The position numbers and the translations under genes were made by a program. DNA of 63,395 nucleotides, counting the filler, from Fonticula-like sp. SCN 57-25 (taxonomy: Eukaryota): NCBI GenBank assembly GCA_001724245.1. It is 2 parts of 2 records of this genome, joined end to end, with 100 filler letters (N's around TTAATTAATTAA, not from the genome) between each part and the next. Parts side by side here need not be neighbours in the genome. Positions count along the whole stretch, not along the records: positions 31,816 to 63,395 come from MEDX01000045.1; 1 more part is not named here. One strand, written 5' to 3'. The notes under the pieces are model-generated. The model was not told the origin of the DNA. It made no database searches and worked only from the letters and a program-made list of their open reading frames with translations. Positions 41,457 through 55,400 of this stretch are shown here, piece after piece; the stretch's first letter is position 1, and the number at the start of each line of letters is the position of its first letter.

Positions 41457-44400
41457 TTAGACATGAAGCTTGAGCCAGTACACAAACCCGTGCACATCAC
41501 CGACCGCCACCATGAGGTCCTCGCCCGACACCTGCACCTGCAGCGACGCGACCGGCCCACGGCAGGCAAACGTACCGACAGGGCTCCAATTGCTGGGGTT
41601 CTCCTCCATCCCACCGCTGCTGGCGAGCGGGATGCGCAGCAGGCGGATCGCGCCGTCAGCGCCGCCGGTCACCGCCACGCCCCACAGGCTACGCAGCAGC
41701 GTGCGGCTGACCGCCTTGGTCGACACGACCGTGAACGCAGTCACTCCGCCAGCGTGCACGTAGAGCGAAGCTACGGATTCGAGTGTTAAAGACACATAAA
41801 AAGCGACTTCTAGTGCGTACCAAGATCGCCGTCCTCGTCGCGGACATTGATAAAACCATCGCTGTCGGCGAAAATGACTGCGCCAGAGGCTCCGGCGTGC
41901 TGCGCCCCCACAACAAAGCTCGAGTGTTCGATAGAGTCAGTCTCGGTCATCGCGAGCGCCGCGTCCCCAGAGATATCGGCCACCCAGAGGCGCTTGTTGA
42001 GGTCCGTCGCCACGAGCTTCTTTTCGTGGATGCGCATGGAGAACGCGGCGGGAACGTCGAGCCCGGGGATGGCGCTGTGCACCACGCTGATGCTACCCTC
42101 GCCCTTGGTGTTGAACGCGTAGTGTACAAAGCGTCCAACCCAGGTGGACGCAACAACGTGCTTGCCGGCAAAGTCCAGGGCAGTCACGCTGCGGCCGAGC
42201 TTCTCCTTAGCGCACAGCGTGAGGGAAGCGGCGCCGCCGGCTTGAAGGCTGACACGATACAGCGACACTTCGCCGTTGGACGCGCCGCTCGCAAAGTGGA
42301 TCTCGTCGTTGTGAGTCTCGCTCAGGAGCAGCAGCGTGTTGATCGCGGCGTCGGTCGGGAGGCTGGCGCTCGCGACGCGGCGCGGGCCGCCGTCGACGAG
42401 CCGCCACACGATCAAGTCGCCCGCGCGCGAGGCCGACACGAGCACCTGGTTTGTCTTGCAGAGCAGCACAGCAGAAACCGCACCCATGTGCTTGCATCCC
42501 GCCAGCGGGGCGCCGCTCTTCATGAGATCGCTCGCGGACCAGACCTTGAGCTCGCCGTCCATTCCGCTGCTCACCAGTGTGCCGTGCATGGACGGGACAA
42601 CCACAATGTCGGTGACCGGCAGAGCGTGCGCGTTGACGCTGCCGTGAAGCTGCGCCTGGGTCGGCTCGAACGCGTACATGGACCCGTCCTCGGAGCCCGC
42701 CAGGACCAGGTGCCCATCGCGACCGATGGCGCACGCCATGACGCGCACAGAGCCGAGCGAAAGGGTCGTCTTCTCCGAGCCCTTTTCGTTCCACAGCTTG
42801 AGCGTGCCGTCAGAGCTACCCGTCAGCACCTCCTTGTTCTGCGACGAGAGGCAGTTGACCGACGACATGTGGCCCGCCATGGTCGCGCAGGTCACGCTCG
42901 AACCAGCGATCGTCCACTGCTTGGCGGTAAAGTCGACCGAGGCCGACACAATGGTATCATTAAAGAGGATGCTCGTGATCCAGTCCTTGTGCGCCTGTCG
43001 AATCGTCCGCGTGGCATTGAACGTGTTGACATTCCAGATAATGATGTTGGTATCGCGGGACCCAGAGGCGAGCAGGAGCGGGTCGCTGGTGGAGAAGGCG
43101 ACAGCAGTCACGTACGACTCGTGCCCGCGGAGCCACCTGATGTGGGTGCCGTTCGCCTGCCAGATGCCGACGGTGCAGTCCTCCGACGCGGTCGCGATTG
43201 ACAAGTGCCGGCTGATGGCCACGTCCGACACCGGGGCAGAGTGGCCCGTGAGGACAGCGGTCGCTTCCGGCGCCGCCCTGCCAGTCTTGGTATTTGTGAG
43301 CTGCTCAATCGCCCAGAGTGCACACGTGTTGTCGGACGACGCCGTCGCAACCACCTTTTCGCTCGCGGACCACGCGACCGCATTGATGGTCAGCGAGTGC
43401 GCCCTGACGGGGCGGAAGATGGCTCCAGTCGCCAGATCGACCACCTGGAGCATGCCGTCGGCGCAGCCCACCGCGGCCCAGTGCTCCTTGGGGCTCATCT
43501 TGAGCGAGCGAATCGGCCCAAAGGTATCTACATTCGGATGGTGAGCGCCGACGCCAGTAGGCAAAACGTAAAACGCACCCTTGTCGTGCCTGAACATGGG
43601 GATGGCCGTGCCAAGGAAGGAGCTCCAGGCGCGCAGGCGGCCGTCGGCACCGCTGGTGAACAAGTCAAGCCCGTCCAGCGAGTACGAGATGCTGCTGAGA
43701 GGTCCGTCGTGCGCCTTGAACGAGCCCACGTGTTCGTTCAGGTTGGTCGACCAAAGAGACACGGTCCCGAGCGAGCAGCCCGCAGCAATGTGCCGGCCGC
43801 TCGGCGAGTACGCTACCGACCGCACAGAGCCTCCCTGCCGCGGCAGCGACACCACGTGCTTCATGTTGGCAAAGTCGTAGATGTGAATCCTGCCGTCCCA
43901 CGCGCCGTAAGCAAGAGCAAAGCCGTCCGGGTTCACAGTAATGCAGTTAATGGGGCTGCTTGCCTGGCGGACCGTGCGGACGAGCTCGCCATCGAGCGTG
44001 CTCCAAATGCACAGGGCACCGTCCCACGCGGCCGTGGCAGCGAGCTTTCCGTTACTGTCCAGGGCAGCACACGCGTTGACGCGGCGCTGGTGGCCGGCGA
44101 GGGACCGCAGAACGGTGCCGCGCGAGAGGTCAAAGATGAGGGCCACGCCGTCAATGGTGCCCACGAGGAGGCGGTCGCGGCCGAGGAAGCACGTGGCCGT
44201 AGGGAACGACGGCAAACCGCGCAGCGAGGAAACCTCTGCACCAGTCTTGGCATTGAACAACTTTACTGTACACTGTTGAGGAAAGGCGTCAGCAAAGGCA
44301 AGGAACACCACAAAAAAATAAATCGTACGTCGTAGAAACCGGCCGCGACAACCTCGGCGGACGACGACGACGCGAGGCAGACGATAGCCTCGTCGCCCTG

Positions 44401-47400
44401 CGCGAGAACCATCGCGTTCGCCTCGGCATCGCGATCGGCCGACAAGTGCTCGAGCCAGGCGTAGGCAAAGCGGCCCTGCTGGAGCACATCGAGGGCGGAC
44501 TGCTTGAGGGCAGGCGAGCCCTCGTTGAGCACCAGCTGCAGGAACTGGATGGGATACTTGACGAGGACATGAAGGCTGCTGCTGACGATGACGTGCATCG
44601 CGCGCACACCCTCAATGCCCAGCTTGTCCACTCGGCGGATGCTCAGGAGCTGCGTGTAGTCGTGCAGGAGCGCGTGCACCTGGCCGCCAAAGCAGCGAAG
44701 CCAGACATAAACAACGTCCTGCAGCAGCGTGGCGGCCTCTTCCAGCTCGCCCGCCTGTAGCAAGTGGTACACGACCTCGCTCACGGCACGCAGGTTGATG
44801 GGCCGCTGCTCCTGCTCGCTGGGTCGCCGGAAGCCCTTGAGGTCAATCTGGCTCTGGAAGAAGCGCGCCACGAGGCGGTGGCAGCGCGTCACGGCGTTGG
44901 CATTGGGGAGGTAACGAGCCCGGATGGCCGCGATGGCCTCGACGTGAACGAGCTGCAGCTTGGCGTCGGCCGACTCGACGATGCGAAGCAGCGACTTGAT
45001 GGCCGCAAAGAGCGCCGTCCAGTTTGCAAGCGGGAGGCTCTCCTCGCCCTTGCGACGAAGCATGCGCAGCATCTCGCTTTCCAGGACACCATCGCGCGAG
45101 ATGCAGATGATCGAGAGGGCGCGGCGCACGATGGGCAGGCCAATCTCGTCCTCGACGCGAGAGAGAACCTCGTTCACCAAGTCAGGCACCGAGCCGGCAA
45201 TCTCCTTGAGCTTTGCGGGCATGCCGTCAAAGTCGCCAAAGACGCGAAGCTCGTTGCAGGCCAGCACGAGGTAGAGCGGGCTGCCGCCGTCGCGCTTTGC
45301 CGTGAGCATGCGCATCTCGTTGCTGAATGCCGACTCGTCGAGCTTCTTGCGGTACAGGGCCAGACGATGGCGCACCAGAAGCGAGCGCTCGAGCGCCTCC
45401 AGCGGACCCATGACAAAGTAGCGCGGCTCGGGGCTCCAGCGGCGGAGCACCTTCATGATCTCGCCCTTTTCGGCGCAGCTGATCAAGACGCGCACGCGCG
45501 CCGGGGGAACATCGCGCGTCCACGACAGCCACTGCAGCGAGATGGCGCCGTACTCGGGCGTGAGCAGATCAAGACCGTCAATAATGATCACAATCTTTAC
45601 CAGCTTGCTCGCTAAAGGAGACACGAGTGTCAGTGACGCGGAGTATGCAAGAGAATGTGCACGCACCCTTGAGAATCAGCTCGGGAAGCAGGCGCAGGAG
45701 CGAGGCAAACTCGGTCGGAAGCTCGCCGGTAAAATCGAGCGGGAAACGCGCCAGCAGCTCGCTGCAGATTCTCAGCAAAATCATGCGGACGTCAATCGAC
45801 TCCTTTGAGACACCGATAAAGTGAGTAATCAGCGACTGCGCCGTATGCCTCGGGGACTGGGCGTAGGACGCGGCAAAGTGAGCGAGAAGAGCAGACTTGC
45901 CCAGGCCAGGCTTGCCGGTGACGACAAGCGGGTTCCTTTAAAGGTGTAAGAATGCAATTTACTCAATGCGAAAGAGGCGTACCGCTGCACGTCGCTGTCG
46001 ACAAACTCAAACAGGCGCTTCAGAGAGGAACCGCGGCCGATAAACCCGCGAGTCTCGCTCTCAATGACGTACTGCTGGATGGAGGCCTCTGCGCGCAAGA
46101 GCGAGGTAGTCGGGTCATCGCCTTCCGCCTCCTCTTCCCTTGCGTCACCAAACTCGGCGCGAATAACTGCAACATAAAGTGTCAGAAAATTCACACATAC
46201 AAATTAATTGCGTACGATGCCAAAGCTCTTCGAGAACGCGAGCCTGAAAGTCCTCAAGACCGCCGAGTACGGGCTTTCCGTTAAGCATTCCACCCCACGA
46301 CGGCCTGTATCGCACGACCGATGCCGGCCCCTCGGCCGCCTCGATGCGTCGCCGCAGGTCAGTAATGCGGTCGGCGTGCGCCTTGCTGACAAACGTGTCG
46401 TGCAACTCTTCCGGCATGTTTGCGACGAACGACATGTCGCGCAGGCAAAAGAGCGAACGTGCAGGAGTCGAGCGCCCGTCAAAGGTGCGCAGCGCGCCGT
46501 ACTCAAACTCGAGCTCGGTGACGGAGCGGCCCGCCGGCATGTACTTTAGCCAGTCGAGATGCGGCACGTCCTCTACATCGTACGTGGGTGGCACGTAGCC
46601 GTAGCGGCCGCCGAGCATGCCGATGAAGAACGGGCGGCAGCGGTCAATCTCGTCCAGGCAGAGCTGCAGCGACTTGCTCGCCTCCGCCTCCTTTGCCGTG
46701 ATGCCCCAGCGAAGATCTACCTCGTACAGGTGGATCTTGTGCTGGCGGCAGCGCTCGCGAAGCGCGGGGAAGACGTACTTGACAAGCGCGTCGCGCTCAG
46801 ACTGCATGTCGGAAAAGGTGGACGAGATAAAGATACGCGCGGTGCGCCAGCTGCTCGTCACGGGCGGCGCGGGCAGCGCAGCCATCGGCTTGACCGTCAC
46901 CTCGGGATGCTTGAGGTCGCGTACGTGCTCGCGCATGGCGAGCCGCTTCGTCTTCTTTGGCGCGTCACGCAGCGGGCGGGCCTGCAGATTCTTGGCCTCG
47001 TCAATCTTTTCAATGTAGATGAGCTGCTCGCCATCGCCGCGGTCGGCAATAAAGCGAAGCAGCTGGTCGCTGTACCCAGAGATAAACACGTTGCTGCGGT
47101 TGGCATCCGAGGCGCCGCCCTTGGTCGCAACGTCGGTATTATCTACGCGGGCCGAGGCGCTGCTCAGGTCAATCGCAGCCATGAGCAGGTGGGGGTTGAC
47201 CAAGTAGCGGTACTGCGTCGCAAACTCTACAGCCTCGCTCGACGCGACCGACGACCGCGGGCCGGATCCAAGGATCAGGAGGGTGTCAATGTGCTGACGC
47301 TTCAAAAGATAGTCCTGGAGGTGCACCATCGGCAGCGCTCTGATCAATGGTGTTAGATGACAGTATCAAAATAAAGTGGCCGTACCCCTGCCCAGCAACG

Positions 47401-49622
47401 AGGTCGCCAATCTGCCCCTTGAGGATCTCAATGTTGGCGAGAATGCCCACGGACAAGTCAACCTGCACGGTGGTCGCAAACCCAGTCTTGTAAAACACCA
47501 GCTCGCAGTCCTCGCACGAGTACTTGCACATGAGGCCGAGCAGGAACGCGACCTCGACGAGCTGCATGGGCTTGCCGAGGCGGCGGGCAGACGAGCAGCG
47601 CTGCATCATCTCGTCGCCCACATTACAGAGGAGCACAGTGCGGCCGCGGATCGGCTTGATATTCGTACGCGCGGAAATATTGATCGCCTCCTCGAGTGCG
47701 GCAAGGTACTTTGGCGCATACTCGTTGTTGGCCAATGACACGACGGGCTTGGGCGCCTTGCGTCCGCGGGCAGGACGGGCAGGAACCGCGGGGGTTTCCT
47801 CCATCTGCTCGCGGAGAGCAGCGTACGCCGAGAGGAAAGCCGACGGGAACTGCCGCGAGTTTGCCACCGAGCGCTCGTTGCGCAGGCGGGAAATGATACC
47901 GTCGTGGTGCTTGGCAGAGATGCCAGCCAGCAGCAGATTGCGGAGATTCCTGAGCGTCGCCATGAACGGCAGCTTCTGGTGATCAATGAGCGACTCCCAC
48001 ACGCGCGCGTCATTTCCCTTAGCCGAAATAACCGTTTCCCAGGTCTCGGGGACGGGGAGACGCATGCGCTTGCCGGCGCGGTTTTCGTCAAACTCACCCG
48101 GGAGCCGCGAGACAACAAAGTCATCTTCATTGTCGGGGTAGCGCTTGCCGAGAAGGGACATGGTGTGTAGGATCGGCTTGCTGATCTAAATCACAGCCCA
48201 AGTGTCAGCAAACAATAGTCAAGTGTACAAATAAATCAGATAAGAGTCATAACACAGTTCACCGCAAACAAATAGAGTCGGTTAAATGCGTACATGGAGC
48301 TGCCGGATGAGGTATTTTAGCGTGCAACGGAATTCGTTCTTGGAAGGACCGTCCTCCTCATCGTCCTCCTTTGACTCCCCCTCTTCCGTGGCCTGCGCCG
48401 CCCCGACGCCAGGGCGCGGCCGAGACTCCTGACGGCCTCCGCGACCGCCACGTCCACGCCGAGGGCGCTCCTGCGCAGCCGCAGCCCTCGCGGCGGCGGC
48501 ATCCTTGCGCTTCTCCAGAACGGCATCACTCGGCTTCTCCTTGTCGTACTTTGCAAGCTGGTACGCGTCAAACTGCGGAAACTTTGCAATCATGGCCTTG
48601 CGAAGGGACGTCGGCATCTCGACCTGCTCAATGATCGTGCTCGGCGAAGCGTTTGAGGCCAGCCCGCGCGACAGCTCAGCCACCTCCATCCAGTCCGACG
48701 GAAGGCGGATAGACGCGGAAAAATACTTGAACAGGTGGTTCCGGCAGCCCGGCAGGTGGGCGCTGAGCGCGAGCAGAAAGTTGGCCGTCACGCGAATGTT
48801 GAGGTCGTCGCGGGTGTACAGGGCAAGCTTGAGGACAAACTCGCCGTCCATGGCGGCCACTTGCTCCACGAGCGAGATAATGGTCTTGCGCAGTGGGTCT
48901 GAAGGCTTGAAAAAGTCGGGCTCGCTGATGAGCGACGCGCCGACGATGCTCACAAGCAGCTCCTTGAGGGGCTTGAGGGGCTTGAGGGATGCCAACTGGT
49001 TGTGATCCAAAAGGCGGCCTTCGGCGCCGCGCTTCTTGGGAACCGTGTGCATGGTCGAAAAGAGCTCGTCATTGTCGGGCAGCCTCGAGAATGGCATCTC
49101 AAGGAGCGCATCGTCATAGTCCTCGAGCAGCACGACGGTGGACGATGGCGCCGATGCGGGCGGGGCCGGGAGCGAAGACGCCTTCCCCAAGAGAGATGAG
49201 GCCGTCTGGTATGTGCTGGCAACCGGCGCACGCAACGCTGACGCCGAGCTGAGGTGGAGATCACGGCCCTGCACGAGCGATGACGATGTCGCGAGGGACG
49301 ACGTCAGCGCGCCCGATGCGGGGAGAGGATCGCTCAGGAGGCTTGTGTGGGCATTGGTATGGGAAAGAAGGCTCTTGGTCAAGTCGCTCTTAAGGACTGG
49401 TCCAGGGCGTGATAGCAGGCTGGAGGAGGTCCCCGTCAGCCTGGGGTTGGAGAGAGTAGTGGAGCTGGTGAGAACTGCACTAGAAAGAATGCTGCGGCCG
49501 CTCTCCAAGCGGGACGCATCAGACGACAACAGGCTCGACGACAAAAGCGAGCCTGAAGTCAGAGGAATACTAGAGCTCAAGCTAGAGGACCGCAGGCTAG
49601 AGCCACTCGATCCCCCAGACAT
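41457..49622 (-). CDS. TEP1: TEP1-like protein (TROVE - vWA - DUF4062 - NACHT - WD40)
   Basis: TROVE (DGEFVLKLALYTRDDLNIR; KFPQFDAYQLAKY; LPFMATLRNLRN), DUF4062 (RIFISSTFSDMQSERDAL...VDLRWG), Walker A GKPGLGKS, Walker B IIIDGLD, long WD40 array. Confidence 0.9.
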
Positions 49623-49846
49623 GGCTGTGGAGGGAATGTCGACAAGCCGATGTCGACGTACCCCTGCTTACTTGCTGTGATGATGTTGCGCAAGCGGGAA
49701 TATTACGCAAGACCCCCAGATTCCACCCCGGACTACATGCCTACCTTTGATCTCACGCCTTTGAACATGCATGATAATACATTCAGAAAAAATAATATGC
49801 CACTATGTCTGTCAGACGTTCCAGCCATTGACAAATACTACATTAC

Positions 49847-52264
49847 TTAAATTACGTTGTAGTGGGCGCGCCGTGTAGCGCGCTGCGGCTTGCTCGCAAC
49901 CGCGCCCACGATGGGCTCCTCGGTTTCATGGCTGCTCTTATGCGGCATCTTGTGCGGCAAGGGAACCGACTGCGTATCGCACTTGCTCCTGTGCGCTTCA
50001 TAAGAACTTCTGCTCATCGTCGCCTTGCATGCATGGCACGACATGTAATAATGCGGGCACTGGTAGAGCAGCCCGCCGTGGTTGTCCATGCATCCCTCGG
50101 TGCGCAGCGGGCAGCTAAAGATTGACACGCCGTAAATGTTCTGGCCGACCATTGTGCCGACCTCGTGCTCCCTGTAGTGCGCCTCAAAGCGGCTACGCTG
50201 CACAGTAACCTGGCATTTGTTGCACACGACCGTGTAAAAGGGGCACTCGTCGAGGTGCCCTGTCAGGCCGTTGTGCGGCACCACGGCGGCGCAGCCAAGC
50301 GCGCGAACGGTGCACGGCACGCGGCGCTCAAGGCAGACTACACGGTGATCCTGCATAATTTATAAGTAAATACACACGATAATGCAATGCTCGTACCGCT
50401 TCCCGACACTGCGGAATGATCTTTTTGCACCCAAAGCCGCACTCTACGAGCGAGCACGCGCAGCCGGCGTCCCGCGCCACCTCCTCGCCGCCGTCCGCCG
50501 CAGGACTGCCGGCCGGCGGCACCCAGTGAGGGAAAATCGTGGTTGCAGGGCGGGGCGCGTAGTGAATGGCCACGCTGCGCTTCGACAGCGCCGCAAACTC
50601 GGCCGTGTGCAGCGCGCTCCACTCGATCCGGCGCATGGTGCCGACGTCCTCCGACGCAATGTCCTCGAGAGCCTCTCTGCCCGTCCTGGCAGGTACGAGC
50701 ACCGCGTTGTGCAGCCCGTACACGCTGAGTGTGCGCAGCGACCGCAGCGTCGCGAGCTCAGACAGGCTGCTGCGCGTTAGAAACCCGCAGCGCGACACGT
50801 CGAGCAGGGCCAGGTCGGGCAGGTGTTTTGACACTGCATTGATGGACTCGTCCGTGATTGGCGACCCGGGGATGCGCAGCACCTTTAACTTTGAACACGC
50901 CATCACAAAGCTCACAACGCCGTCGTCTGTGGCGGCGCACATTAAAACTAGGCATCCAAATGCTGATTACGTACCCGTAAACCTGCCGTCGCGCGTCGAA
51001 AACTCGCGCAGGGTCTTTGAGCATGCGGCGGCGATGCAAGCGAGGGACACGTCGTTGAGGGCGCGGTCGAGCGACGCCGACATGATATTCATGCTGGAGA
51101 AATTCAGAAGATGAGTTTCGTGCACATAAACGTAATAATGATGCGCACTTGTTGTCGATGAGAGTGAGCGATTCAAGCGACGTGCACGACCGCACCCAGG
51201 TCGCCACGGCGGGGAGGATGGAGCGCGCTGGCTCGACATCCTCTAGGTGAAGGTGGACAAGTGGCGCGCATGCTTGAATAACTGATTCGTTCACGAACAA
51301 ATATGAGGACAAATAGAAAAAAAAACCAACACGTACTGCCTTCCATGCTCACCCACTGAGGCTGGACCGAAAGGGGGGCCGGCAGCGACACGTTAATCAG
51401 TGAGAGCCGGGTGATGTTTCGCAAGGATTGAAGGTTGGTGAACAATTGCTGGAACGATGCTGCGCACGCGAATATGTAAATAACAGACTCAATGTCCAAA
51501 CATGCGCACTTTTGCGGATCGTCAGCTCGGTTAGGTTGGGCGCCTGACTGATGGAGCGGAAGGTGTCGACAGACATGCCCGACAGCTCGATTGAACGTAA
51601 ATTGTAAAAGCTGTGCGCGACAGACGCGTCAGTGCCCAATACAACAAGCTTCGCTTTCGTACATCTTCCACAACTCCAACGACGCGCCTTGAAAGAACTT
51701 TTCGTGCACACCCGAAGCAACGAGCCGCTCGATCGTATCGCTAAACTGGCAGTCGACAATGCTCCACGTCCCGCTACTCGAATTTGCGTCCGAGATGTCC
51801 AGTGTGCGAAGCTTGCTGAAACGCTGAAGCGTCTTGGAAGTGTCGTAGGATACAGTGACGCCTCGCATGGCGAGTTCTGTAAGTTGATCCTCGCGCCTCA
51901 ACAAGGCAGCCAGCCCCCGCGAAGATGTGTTTTGGCATCCTAAAACACCACGTTGGTCAGGCCATGGCAGTGCAAATACACACGTAGGTACCTGAAATAT
52001 CAACGCGTTCCAAAGGCGCCAGGCCCGAAACAAAGTCCAGAACGTCATCGTTCACATCTGAACGCCCGGCGAGCAGCTAAACACCAGGGTCAGTATCGCG
52101 GAGCGCGATCAGAAGATTTGAGGTACCAGTTCCGTGTGCTTTCCCAGCATTCCCTTGACAACACGCCTCCATGAGCGACACACCAACCCCACTACAACAA
52201 GCTCGGGGAGCGCGAGCAGTTCAAATATCGACGCCCATATCTCGGTCGGAAGCTCCAGGGCCAT
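49847..52264 (-). CDS. F-box / leucine-rich repeat protein with C-terminal TRAF-type zinc fingers
   Basis: F-box LPTEIWASIFELL...VCRSWRRV; LRRs (LRTLDIS, LKVLRIPGSPITD, LALLDVSRC); CLERRVPC...GC...HLDECPF..VVCNKC...H. Confidence 0.8.
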
Positions 52265-52480
52265 CGCGGAGGTTTGTTGATGTGGTTGATTGCAACGTCC
52301 ACGTGGTTGAAACGCAATCAAAAAAAAAAATTGCGGAAAAAATCGACGTGCACTGTGTCTATTGATATCCGCCAAGCTGACTCGCCTGAAAAGCAAAATA
52401 ATATCGCTTTGAATATGCGTAATATATTTATATGATATGACACGGAGGAATGCGACTGCAACTAATAAAATGAAAACAAA

Positions 52481-55400
52481 CTATTCCCTCCACTTTGTCT
52501 CCTTCTGAAGCGAGTCGCGCTCGTCATCGACGTACGCGCGCGCGTCCTTGTCAGGCCTATGCTCGAGCATTTCGAGCATCAGCTCGCGCTGGTCGTACGC
52601 ATCCGACGCGTTGAACTCGATCGGCCGGAGCGCGTCCGTGCTCTGGCTGGCGGCCTCCTCGGCGACCCGCTTCGCCTCCTGGTGCATCTTGATGATCTCG
52701 AGCGACGAAAGGCGGTACCACGAAATGAGCTTTTGCAGCAGATTGTACGCGCGAAGGCGCAGCAGCTGCTTGTCCAGACTAAGCTCGAGCGCCCCCTTGA
52801 GTTTCTGCAATGACCGTGTCAGTCCCGCGTGGCCAGAATGAAGTGCACGTGCGTACCTCGATGCTGTGCCTGACGACGGCGACCTGGCGCGGGGCGAGCT
52901 GCGTTTCCTTGTTCCCAGAGAGGCCAATGATGGACGTGACCTTTGCCGGCTGCGCGGCCGTCGGCGGCAGCAGCGCGTACTGTTTGTAATATCACTGCGT
53001 GAGCGACACAAGCGCGCACATAAGGCGTCCAGCGCACCTTGTACTCGCGCAGCAGACCCACCCAGACAGAGTTCAAGAGAAGCGCGCCGCACTCGGGGTA
53101 CATTTTGCCCGCGTACGTCTGCAGATGCTCCTCCAGGTAAGCAATGATGGGGCTGAGGCCCGCCTCGACCTCCTCCTCGGTCGGCTCGGCCGCCACCTGC
53201 TTGCCCATGAGCGACGTCTTGGGCTTGGCCGCGCTCACCTGCTTGTCGACGCACTCGCGCAGGTACGGCATCATCTGCACGACAATGAGATCGACAAGCT
53301 CGCCCTTGTAGCGGTTCAGCTCGCTGTCGGCAAACTGGAAGTGGTACAGCGTGTCGTTGGCGCTCTCGGCTTGGTGCTGCAGGCGCAGCGTGACCGATCC
53401 CTAGAAAAATTGTCAGCAACCTCGCAGAAAAAGGCAACAAAAACACAGGAAAACGCACCGACGGCTTGAGCGGGACGACGCGCTCCTGCAAGCGGCCGCG
53501 GCGCAGATCAAACGCAGGTCCGTCGCGACCCGGGCGGCTTTCCGAGAGCTTCACGATGGCCTGTCCGCAGAGATCGTCGGCGGAAAGCAGGTCATAGTCA
53601 AACACGAGCAGCTCCAGCTCGCTGCAGTCCTGGACCCTAAACACCATGCGCTCGTTCCAATGCGGGTTGAGGTTGCGCTGCACCGTCTTGCTGCGCGCCA
53701 TCACCTTGCCGCCGACCTTGATCACGACATAAGGGTCGCTCAGCCCGTTCGTGTCCATGGCGCGCAGGTTCGTAGCGTGCGACAGCTCAACGCGGATGAC
53801 GCCGGTCAGGCCCTTGGACTCGGTCTCGGTCTTGGGCATCTTGGCAAACGCTTCGACAAGCAGAGCGTCAATCACGGGCGTCTTCATGTCCTCTTGCAGA
53901 GCCTTAAAGTGTTTCTGAAGAGCAGTGATGTTGTTGACCTTGTAGCAAGCCTGGCAAAAAGGTGCATGTTAGAAAGGGAAAGCGGCAAAAAAGGTCGTCG
54001 CACCGCTTCGTTCAGCTGGAAAGGGTCAATTGGTCCCTTGCCAGAGGAAGAAAAGTTGAACCACTTGCCCTTTTCGGCGTGGCGAAGCGTGCTCGCCTCG
54101 GAGAAGCTGTTGCTCAGGCGCGCAAAAGTAAGCTCGGCGTACGTCCGCACAGCCTCGCTGACCGCCTGCAAACCGCATAATGTTAGCAAAATTCAGCGCC
54201 AGATACGATTTCGTACGGCCACATAGCTCAGCAGAGCGAGCGCCTCGCCCTCCTTGTTGGCCAGCTTGAATTTCTTGAGCGTGTCAAACGCCTGGTAGCA
54301 ACTCGCGTACACGTCAATAACAGAGCTGGTGTAGTACTCGTTGTTGAGCGGCTTGCCGTCGTCCTGCGCAATGGCCTGCGTGACCCACTGCTTGAGCTTG
54401 TCCTTTAGCACCTGCAGCCAGACGGTGATGTACGGCGTGAACCACTTTTCCGGGTCAAACGACTCTTGCAGCGTCTTCCACGGCACACTCCCCTCGACCT
54501 CGTCGTCGTCGTCGTGCTCGTCGTGGGTCATCAGGTACTGCTCCTTGAAGCGCGTGAGCGAAAAGTAAAGCGAGATCACGTCGGCCATGGAGCTGTCCTC
54601 GAGCACCTCCGTCGCAGACGTCATCTCTGATGTCTCGTTCAAGAGGTGCTGCGCAACGAGGTTTGTCATCAGATTGGTGATGCTGATTCCGAGCGCCTCC
54701 GTGAAGGGGTCCTCAAAGTACTGCTCCTGCTCGTCGATCAAGTCCATTGCGCGCGGCAGGAACGCGCTCAGCCGCTGAACAGGGTTGTCAGTCGTGCCGA
54801 ACGAGCTCAGCGTGTCCTCGCGTTCGATCCTGTCCTTGATGCCGCTCTTAACCTTTGTCGCCATCACGGTAAACGCGTCCTCCTTTTTCAAGCCGAGGCG
54901 CGCCTGCAGGGCCTCGTTCTCCATGATGCCGTTGACGAGCGCCACGACGGCGCGGATGCTCCCCTCGGGCACGTTGTACGGGAAGCAGTCAAAGTAGTGC
55001 GACAGCTGGTACGTGAGCGCCTCAAAGAGCATCGACTGGCAGATGAGCAGCATGTAGCGCGCCGACTCGGTGACGGGCAGGCGGCGGGCAAACATCTCCT
55101 TGCAGTCGTCGAGCGCGAGCGTCAGCAGGCGGAGATCGATGCCCTGGCTGCGGTGGCCGACGGTGAGCATGGCGAGCAGCGCGATACGGCGGTACGCCTT
55201 GCTGATGCGGTAGCGCGCCGCAAACTCGGACAGGATCACTTGACTCTCGGGGGAAAAGGCGCCGACCGCCGTCACTTTGCGGTGCGAAAAGTCGTAACGC
55301 ATCAGCGCGCGCATAAGGTACAGGTAGTGCGTGTGGAAATCCGACGTCACGGCAAAGGTCTGCGCGGCGTTCTTCTCCTCGTCCGACGCCTCGACGGGAA

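Noticed and set aside
41783..45615. Long plus-strand ORFs (472, 376, 288, 283 aa) antisense to TEP1, and similar shadow ORFs elsewhere
   Set aside because: Expected from GC-rich codon bias on the coding strand; no recognisable domains.
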